In this document: piece after piece, positions 54,446 through 64,000 of the stretch
Position numbering within the stretch: the stretch's first letter is position 1
Layout: each line of letters begins with the position of its first letter
NCBI RefSeq assembly: GCF_036321535.1
Contig: NC_087437.1
Coordinates: 100,814,001 to 100,878,000, forward strand
DNA from: Camelus dromedarius
Lineage: Eukaryota
Length of the DNA: 64,000 nucleotides
Direction of reading: 5' to 3'
Translations under genes and position numbers: made by a program
The notes under the pieces: generated by a model
What the model was told of the DNA's origin: nothing
Database searches by the model: none
Seen by the model: the letters and a program-made list of their open reading frames with translations, nothing else

Positions 54446-56334
54446 ATATGAGAAACAGGAAGCAATCCAGGAGCCAGAAGGACTGAGCGTGACCAGTGGG
54501 CACACACAACAGCCAGGTAAAGGGAGGGGAGGTGTATATCAGGCCATTTCAACACAAGTGGTAGCACAAAATAAATAAGGAGAAAGAGGGCACAGTCACG
54601 TGATTCAAGAAGATGAAATAGTTCTCAAAGTAGAAGTAACTTCAGAGCTCTGATAATGGGAGCATCTAGGAAATAAAACTTCTGGGTAGACTAAGAATTA
54701 TAATGTTACCTGCTAATGAGAAATATGTTATTAAAATAACACTGAATAGAATTATATCAAGGAGATGGGTTATATAAAATTGACCAAGGGAGACTTAAAA
54801 AATACGTAATTTTAAGGAGAAACCAGGTTGGTTGGAAATTGGTAAAACCTGTTAGAAAGGCATAAATCAAAAAAGTCCTAGTGACAGAATAAGAAAATTT
54901 TAACTATCAAAAAGATGACTAGCAGCTCAAACTTGAACTCCTTTAGGAAAGAAAACAAGAGCCATGCCTTAACCAAAACCCAATGTCACTAAGCTAATCT
55001 TGCACATTCTACTGGCCTAGGAAAATGCTCTTCCTTTTTTTTTTTCGGATCTATAAACATGACTATAATCTTGAGAAAGTATTTATACTTTTAAAATATT
55101 TAAGTAATTATAGTATATTAGTAGCTAATCTCCTAAAGCCATAAGGATAGGTAGATAAATAGAGAAATTAATTAAACCCATGATGTTCATTTTTTAGAGT
55201 AGGTTTAAGTAGAAATGAAATAAATTTTAAAATATTATATTTGGATAGATTCTGTATCTAGACCTATTTAAAAATTTTGAGGCATTGAAAAGAACTCAAA
55301 TTTTAAAGTGTAATTGCTGCATCAATTAGTTAAGTAATGCTACTTTATAATCAATACTTAACTGTTTAAAAAGTTGGTTTTTGAATTTTATTAGATGTAT
55401 CAGTTAATTTAGCACTAAATAAAGTACAAATATTAGTGTGCATTTCTTGCCCTACTCCAAAACACCTCATCGTGAATCATCTATTTCAGAAATGTTGACA
55501 CCTATTTCAAGAAATTGTTTTAATAAGAAATGAGGTAATCCATATGCTGCATTTGGTCCCCTCTGAAGAGCAAATTTAAAAATGGAAGATTGGCAAGAGA
55601 CTTCTCTATGGACAATTTCATCATTGATATATGTCTGTTCAATAGATGTGATCCAGACAGTAAGTCTCTACATGACTGGCCAACCCAAGGGACTGAATAG
55701 TGGTCCCTTCTGGGATCCACGCTTAAGATTTTGCATTTTGCTATATGTTAGTGGGAAAAAATTGAAAATAAATATAAAACTCTGGTTGGTAAGTTTGCTT
55801 TACACAGTGGTCTGAGTTAATAATCCTCAAACTACTTTTTGTGTTCTAAGCTTGAGCAAACCCATAAATACTTTGTGGATGCACAAACAGGGTTTCTCAT
55901 TATTGGAGATAAGAGTTATGAATACGGAAGGAGACAAGACTAGAATGTACCCTGTGGTCTTTTATTTGGACTGGAGCTATCATTTTAGGTTCATATCTAT
56001 AGGTATAGAGCTACGTCCATTAGGAGGGTCTAGAAGCAGGACACACCAGCAGCTGCAAGGGGTGAAGAGGACCCTGTTTTTTTTTTTTGTTTGTTTTTTG
56101 TTTTTATTTTTAACGTAGAAGGAACTAAAATGGCTAAGTGGATTTGGGGTTTCTTACAGAACACCTGATTTGAGGGCAAGGCCAGGGAATGCATAGAGTG
56201 AACCTGGAACATCTTATTTTGCCAAAAAAGGAAAAAAGTTCTCAAAGAATGGGGATATAGTAAGACCAACAAAGGAGCAAGCATGAAGGGTTTCCCCAAA
56301 GATAAGCCTTTCTGTAAAATAACTCGCTTATATT

Positions 56335-56425
56335 AAAAAAAAAAAAAAAAAAAAAAAAGACAAGAAAGACAGAAGGGCTGAGAAAGACAGACAGAAAGAC
56401 AGACAGAAAGGCTGACAGAAAGGCT
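56335..56425 (+). repeat. Poly-A run followed by GACAGAAA/GACA-type simple repeats
   Basis: Long A run then gaaagacagacagaaagacagacagaaaggctgacagaaaggctg. Confidence 0.85.
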
Positions 56426-56779
56426 GCTCTAGATTAAGGATGAAAGAGGCCTCACGGCTAAACACAGCGCCTTACCCCAAACTGGCTCTTGGGCGGAAAA
56501 CACACAAACAAACCACAAGTGTCATAAAGGACTTACCTGCAACAATTGATAAGAATGAGTGTATTCTGTGTTAGATAATTAGATTGGGCAACTGTATTGC
56601 ATTAATTAATTCCGTGATTTTCTGCCGTTATGTAGGGAAATATCCTTGTTCTTGTAAAAATCACATGGAAAGAGGCACAATGTCTAACTGACTCTCAACT
56701 GATTCAGAAAATAAACATTTCTCCAAGTCAGAGGGAATGCAAGAGTGATAAGGAAGTTTTCATAGCATAAAAGGTAAAT

Positions 56780-56872
56780 AATTGTTGCATCTCGGCGAGG
56801 GTGCACAAGAGTTCTTTGTGCTATTATTTGCAATTTTGTGCATGTTTGAAATTATATCAATATAAAAAGTTT
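56780..56872 (+). mobile_element. Ancient L1M 3' end
   Basis: 'gagggtgcacaagagttctttgtgctattatttgcaatttt...tttgaaattatatcaatataaaaagtt'. Confidence 0.6.
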
Positions 56873-59464
56873 AGAAGATCAATGCATTACATGTGTAGAG
56901 GGTAAGTCTTAGACCCTTCTTTCATGGAGCTTTCCCACACAGGAACAGCAGCACAGTAAACTTTGTGTTGCACATTTATACAGTTCACAGTATCCAAAAG
57001 TATTGCGGCGTCTTAATTTTGTCCTGACCATCACCTCAGCAGGTAGGTATCCTACGGACACTCTACTGGTGAGGATGGTAAAACCCACAGACATTAAGTC
57101 ACACAAGGTCAGTAGCACAGGTAGGACCAAAATCCTGCTCTCTGGTTCTAAGTTAACCTTGTCTTTAAATCATAGCAAAGTTGGCCCATACTTTTCAAAT
57201 ATTCCTTTGAAGGTTGGAAAAGAAGACAAATCAGTGAGAGAGAAACAGAACAGACACAGAGAAGTGCAGTGACATCAAGGAACACTGAGGCTCAGGGATG
57301 GGAATGGGAGGGAGGACAATATGACTGTAGACAGAGAAGACCTGTCCAATTAAACTGCTTCACCACCTACAGGTTAAATCACCTGGAACAGATTTATACT
57401 GCAGTCAGGTCACTTGTGTGGTATGGTTTCAATAAGTTGGTTGATCTGGGTTCTTTTTGTTAGGAATTTAAGCTTTTCACTGCACAAGTAGGGTTTAAAA
57501 AAGACCAATAACAGGTGGTAATTCTTAGCATACTGGTAAGAATTTTTTTTGATGAAGCTGTCTGAAATAATATCAGAAACTTACTTTCTTGGTTAGAGAC
57601 ATAAAGACAAAAGCCAGAAAACTCCTGGTAACAGGAAAAAGAAGAAATAATATCACAGAGCAGCTAAGAAGAGTAAAACGCAAGGTTGGTGAGGATAACT
57701 GTGAATTCATCACAATTCTATTACAGCTTACGTTTGTTTGCTTTGTTCAGACTGAAACCATGTGAAAAGACATTTTATGTCCTGTATGACTGAACATGTG
57801 TTTATATTAGATGGAATTGGTCTTCTATTTCCTTTGTATATTTGTGGTTTGAAAAGACATGGTACCCTAGACCTACAATCAGTACATCTGTGAGGTAATA
57901 ATTGAAAGATGTCCCAAATATTACTGCAAGCCTGGTTGACATTTAGAAAGCATACGTTCTGTAAGAACATCAAATGGATGAATTTACCAAATCTGAGGTT
58001 AATACAGGAGGTTGCTATCTTACTAAGACCTATCTAAGTGTCACTGAAAACACTGTATTTTTTAATACCTGAAGATACCTTTTACTTGTAACATAGTTAA
58101 GGTCTAGGTTATTCATCTGTGATACGCCCAAGGCATAGAGTACATATATGAAGTCACATTTTGCAGGGGATGGGAAAACTGACGATTATGCACGTTTGTT
58201 ATGATATAGTTGAAAACAGATGAAAATGTAATTATCAAAATATAATTAACAGATAAAATATGATTATCAGCAAAGTCATGAAGGTGCATTTTAGCTGTGG
58301 GAGAGGCTATGTATAGCTTAGTCACCCAGATGCAGGGTATCATGCACTGGATGAGAGAGCTTTGATGTAGATGGGCAGCACCTTGGACAGTCCTTTCGGA
58401 GCCCAGGTAATTGGCCAAGCCAGGATGCAGCTGAGGGTCCTCATTTCCAAGTTCCCAGGACTATGAGTTTGAGTTCACCCTCACTCTGGTATGATGGGTA
58501 GTTCACTACTCATTCTCCTTGACCCTCCCTAACTCCCCAACAAATCTCCCAGCCTTCTGTGGCTGGCAATTTGTCTCCATCTATCCAAGAACTATCAATG
58601 TCTGTGTTTGTCCAGAGTTTGTCTTTTAACCTGATTAACTACCACTGCATCTTCCATTCTGCACACCCAGGGCTCTTTTCTCAGAGATCCTGGACACTAG
58701 AGACTCATTTTAATCCTCACAGGTAAGGTCAGTCTCTGGAGGCCTTTTCTACTCAACCAGGGGCAGGAAATCACCCTCGTCAGGGCTTACGAATCTTTAT
58801 GAGGAAGCTACCTCTTTTTCAGACTAAATTCAGACGTGTGGGAGTACGACTACCATTAGAGGGAGAAGATAAATCCCCAGATTCAGCATGTATTTTCTCA
58901 TATTATACTACAAAAAAAGAGTGAGCTATGGTTAGTTGATATTTGTTCTTAGTTTTAGTTATGGTTAGTATCAAAATAGATATGATTTGAGAACTAAGTA
59001 ACATTTTAACCCCAATTCACAGCAAAGTGCTTATGCATGAATTTCAAGGAGCACAGTTTTTACATTTGTAACTTGAGGGCTATCTATACAAGCTTTTTTT
59101 AATATTGACAATTTGCTGACAATAAATATTGTCCTAATTGGCTGATAACTAGCACATTTTATACGTTAAAAACTAATTTTACACCTTAAAAAATGCTTAC
59201 CTTGTGAATAGGTAGAAATTTCCATTTTTATGTTTGTAGGAAACATAACACTTGATGCGAGTATCTAACAAAGAATGAATTTTAATTGAACCTTCTCTAT
59301 TTTTATGCATGATTTTACTGGGAACATGATTGGAAAGTTTATAGTGTTCTAAACAGTGGGAACGTTTCCCTACTGGGAGGGTTTGGGGATGCTGCCTGAA
59401 AGGGGATGCACAGTGCCTGCCAGGATCACCTCATCTGGGAAGGGACACCATGACGTCACACTCA

Positions 59465-59713
<249 letters not shown>

Positions 59714-59804
59714 TCACTACAAAGTAACTTGAGGTGACATACTAACTCTAAACAGAATTTTAAACTGAAGGCTTGAAGGAGGACAGGATGAAATATTTAC
59801 TTAC

Positions 59805-59854
59805 CTTTATGGTTACATTGTAATAGAATCAGTGAATCCTCTAAGCACTGTTTA
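59805..59854 (-). CDS. TMPRSS15: Enteropeptidase 50-nt exon (end of SRCR domain)
   Basis: KQCLEDSLILLQCNHK; CAG acceptor, GTAAGT donor; phases match both neighbours. Confidence 0.93.
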
Positions 59855-60014
59855 CTGTAATAGAAGAACAATTATATTTAAAAGCTGTGCACAGAACATT
59901 TTAAAACAAAACATAGTGTAGGTCATCCTGTTTTTTCTCTTTAGTAAAACGGACTTTTAAATTTGTTACATATAAAATGCAGGGAAGCTGAAATGCACAG
60001 CAGACAATCCTGTT

Positions 60015-60237
60015 TAAAGTCAAATAAAGTTGAGTTTGCATCCTTAACTCTACCATTTACTCTTCATATGATTTTTGGATACGTTACTCATATCCCTGAG
60101 ACTCAGTTTTAACATCCACAAAATGGGAACATTAGTACTTTACTGGAGTTTTGTGAGAGGTAAAGAAATATTTGCAATGAAGTTATTACTGTGCATTATA
60201 CACAGTGAATACTCAATAAACAATAGTTATTGTTAGT
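60015..60237 (+). mobile_element. MIR SINE
   Basis: 'ctctaccatttact...gttactcatatccctgagactcagtttt...aaaatggga...tactcaataaa'. Confidence 0.75.
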
Positions 60238-61689
60238 TTGCACGAACTAACCTTGGATTTCACCATTCTGTAATGCAGGACATGCTTCAATGTTGCTAAT
60301 CAGACAGCTATTCAGTGTTCAACACTGTGAAGCTGTGCACTTTATTCAGGGAATTCAATGATGAATAAATCATGGGTCCTGCTTTCAAGTGAGGCAGAAT
60401 GTAAAAAGGCAAATATAAAATAAACTGTAGGCATAAATAATTAAAAAAACTCACTCTTTGTTTAAATATTTGGATATCAACCTTTTTCAAAGCCAAGAAT
60501 TCTATTTTAAAGGAAAATTTAAACACAGAGAAATTGTTTTAAAGTGTGCTATACTTACAAACCACTAGAGGTCAGTATAACACAAGAAATTAAAGTATTT
60601 GCATTGGTTCCTGATCCAGCTACTGTAAGCTGTTGGTCACATTAACACACACATACACATACACAGACATACAGTTTTAATATTTATATACTTAACACCA
60701 TCCATTGTGAATGTTGTTTAGGTGCTTGTAATTTTAGGGAAGAACAAACCAAAAAATACAAAACGTGACCCAAGATCTGTATGAGCTCATAAGTACAATC
60801 AAAGCAGTTCAGTGTTTCTGGAACATACGTGATAAGGTTCATTTGAAATGACATGCATCCATGTTGTCCAACGGATATGTCCTTTAGAATAGACATATTC
60901 AATTTAAATGTAAGGAAATATATTTATTAATAAGCAATGTGCATGTATGTATATTTACCTAGATACAGATATATTCATATGCATTCACAGTCCCACAAGG
61001 ATGACGCCTCAGTTAACTGTCCTTCTATTATCCGCCCATGGTTAGGAGAGAAGTAGTTCCTAGGACGCTTCTCAGCATCCTGTCAAGTTTCATCCAAACA
61101 TTTCCTACAGTTACAATACCCATCCAGGAAACCCACATTCAAAGTGCTTCACCATTCTTAGGTGTTAATAATGCTTAATACTCTGTGGCACATATAAGAT
61201 GGATGCATTCTTTTCAGCAAGCACAGAAAAGATTTTGGTTAACTTAATAGTTAACCAGAAAATAAACTGAGCCTAGCACCCCATTTTCCATGTGTTTTGG
61301 GCAATCTTCATACACAAATGCACACATGCAGCATCTCAGTAGAGAGCAGTATGTTGCTTCACCTCTGGTCACAATGAGAGTGAGTACATTTGTCCAGGAA
61401 CATTTAGAGAGATTAGAAAAAATAGAATTACTGTCCTGGCCTTTGGTCCTGGAGTCAGAACTAGGTTAACCTTCTGTACAGGAAAAAAGGCAGTGCCATG
61501 ATCTGTGTCTTTCTCTCGCCCAGTGGGGCAGTACCAGGAGACGAATGAATGGGTTTATATCTACTGTACTGACAAAATGAACTCAGTTCTCTCCTTATAT
61601 ATGCCCAACAACATGGCCTTTTTTCTTTCTCTTTTTTCCTTCCAGAACTGCTATTTAAAGTGAGCTGCTTCTTTGAGGGGCTTAGAACA

Positions 61690-61945
61690 CAGCGCAGAAG
61701 AGTGGGAAAGTGGAGGGCTCTGAAGTCAGATAAACCTGGGTTGGAATCTCCACGGTGCCTACCAGCTTTGTGAACGTGTCCTAGTCACTTACCACCACCA
61801 GGCCTGTTTCCTTATCCTGATGGGGGAGCAGTGCTACCAAACCACAGAGCTTTTGAGTGGACTGGAAATAATCTCCTTAGTTAACACCGTAATATTCCTA
61901 CCATAGCATCTGCACATGATAAGGATTCAGTAAAGTGTTTGATGA
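61690..61945 (+). mobile_element. MIR SINE
   Basis: 'ggctctgaagtcagataaacctgggttggaatc...agtcactta...gcctgtttccttatc'. Confidence 0.7.
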
Positions 61946-62020
61946 GCGCTTCATATCCGGTATCCAGCACCATGCTTAGAACATATTGTCAATCAGTATA
62001 TCATAAGTCCATTTCTTTTT

Positions 62021-62052
<32 letters not shown>

Positions 62053-62997
62053 TTTTGCATCTAGAACTACTACTAAAGTGGTCCAAAGAACTGAAGGAAA
62101 GGGAAGCTTAGCGCTGGTGGCAGCGTGAACTGTACATTTCCAGTGATATCGGGGCAGGTTGCTGGGGTCGTGCTGAGCGGCCTTTCTTAGCGGTGGGAAA
62201 TAATCCCCTAGTCGTGCATATGCCTCATAAAAGGAAGGAAAAAATGGAGATCTAGTTCAGTAGACCTGCATACATGGAAGAATCATCTTCCTTGATATCC
62301 TCTTCCTTTCTTTAATTTTTAACAATTACAACCACTAGTGAAAGGGTATTTTTCAAAAGTACCAGTTTTCATGGGGCAGTGAACGTACCTCTGCAATAAA
62401 TAAACACATAAATTAGCTAACTACATAAACGCATACATGTCTGATTTCCTGCTCACCCAGTATAACGTGGCTAATCACGGGAGAGATTAACAATGTCCTG
62501 GCTTATTCATGTGATGAAAGTTTCTAGTATCCTTGTCTATAAATGGTGTCTCTTTCAAATAACATGAACATACATACAATAAAGACATCAATGTGTGATG
62601 ATACGGGCATTTTGGTGCTAAGCATGGAATAACCTAGTTCTTATTTTAAACATGTGTATAATTAATATGAAAGTATTTTATGCCTTTTCCTTTTTTCCTA
62701 ACTCACTCTTGAATGTCTATAAAGTATAAATGAGAGACATTCTCAATACAAAAACGGCTCAGGATCTGTAATGGTAATGCACATTTAGACACGCCTTACA
62801 CAAAGGGAATCGAGAAGGCTGCTTTCTCACCTGCAGATGCTTTGATTCACCCCCAATGAGACTAACAGTATCAGTCAAGGCCCTGCAAACATTCATATAA
62901 AACATTCAACTGCTAAGTACCTTGGTACTAAAAATTCTCCTTTAACAATTTGTTTTACTGATAGAGCTCACAGAAATGGCCACATTTCATGAAGAGC

Positions 62998-63100
62998 TGA
63001 ATAATTATAATATAATATTTATATTATAATAAAAATATAATAAATATCATTATATAATGATTATAATAATATAATTATTATACAATATAATTATAATTTT
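62998..63100. repeat. AT-rich low-complexity tract (TAA/TATAA)
   Basis: About 100 nt almost entirely A/T. Confidence 0.9.
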
Positions 63101-63639
63101 GCTTTTCACTCTTAAGTATGTTCAAAAAACTACAAGCTAGCGCACCAGCGATGATATCTTAAATCCTTGTTATAGTCTCTTCTTGAAATTACTTTCTTCC
63201 CGCCCAAGCTGGCCTTTAATGGAACTGTAAAATTCAGAAGCCAGTTTCAACAAAAATTATTATTAATGCCCAAACAGGAGGAATGGCACAAACTAAGCTA
63301 AAACAGATCTTTAAATACAGGAAGGAGGTTGCTTTTAAAACATTGGTAAAAGCTGTAAAAGTGAACCTAATTTTAAAGAGCAAAAGAGAAAATGCAGGCA
63401 CAACAAGAAGTCTGAACTCTTCACTGAATATCCATGCTCTGTTTGCTAGAGAAATGAATACCATGGCTTTTTTTTCTCTCTCTCTCGACGATAGCTAATT
63501 GTGTCACTCTTTTTAGTCTGATCAGCACTGGACCTTTTTATTCTCTTACAATTTCTTTCTATGGGATTTACTTGTTCATAAATCCAAGAGTAAAGATAAA
63601 GAGGATATGGAAGTAAAACTTATTGAATCTCTATCTGCG

Positions 63640-63832
63640 TGCTAGATAATTACATACAATACCTCATTTGACCATCCTACCATCTATCTGAGGATTAGGC
63701 AATGTTATTGGGTAAGGTCAGTTAGATGCTGTTGGCGTCACCTAAATAATAAAAAAGTTACATAACTTTCAAGATTACATGGCTAGCATGTGGTGGTATT
63801 AAAATCTGACTAGCTTCAAAATCCATTTTCTT
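63640..63832 (-). mobile_element. Degenerate MIR SINE
   Basis: 'acctcatttgaccatcc...aagttacataactttcaagattacatggctag...tctgactagcttcaaaatcca'. Confidence 0.55.
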
Positions 63833-63877
63833 TCTAGTCAATATAAAACTAGTAAAAGAACACATTTTGGGACCCAC

Positions 63878-63973
63878 CTTGGTGTTAGTATTAAGCTGCC
63901 ATTAGGTGCTGTGTTTAATTTTACAAACGGTCCACCTCCAGTAGAAAAGATTGGCATGGATGAGTTTCCACTC
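63878..63973 (-). CDS. TMPRSS15: Enteropeptidase exon (SRCR domain); gene continues beyond window
   Basis: SGNSSMPIFSTGGGPFVKLNTAPNGSLILTP; TAG acceptor, GTGGGT donor; 96 nt; absent from the ORF track. Confidence 0.93.
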
Positions 63974-64000
63974 CTAAGGAAAAACACAGACAGAACAAAA

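Noticed and set aside
60562..60577. CTCF-like CCACTAGAGGTCAGTA
   Set aside because: Mismatch at a core G of the motif; a single imperfect hit cannot be supported without ChIP or conservation data

Overview
Mammalian genomic DNA, most likely a camelid, judged from two tRNA-derived vic-1-like SINEs and no recognisable Alu, B1, Bov-tA or PRE-1 elements. It holds two convergent genes. (1) A complete CHODL (chondrolectin) gene on +, with a CpG-island/TATA promoter at ~18.1-19.4 kb and six coding exons (79+310+158+87+103+85 = 822 nt, 273 aa), ending at a poly(A) signal at 38101. (2) The last seven coding exons of TMPRSS15 (enteropeptidase) on -, covering the end of the heavy chain and the whole serine-protease light chain with an intact triad. 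The rest is intronic or intergenic DNA with L1, L2, MIR, MaLR, Tigger/MER elements and microsatellites. I found no new biological system. The most interesting signals concern CHODL isoform logic: a hidden alternative terminal exon in intron 5, a QDEL ER-retention code left out of frame in the 3' UTR, an in-frame uORF, a splice-acceptor-like signal inside the leader, and a miR-124 site specific to one isoform. Repeat family names and cross-species comparisons come from recall and need database confirmation.
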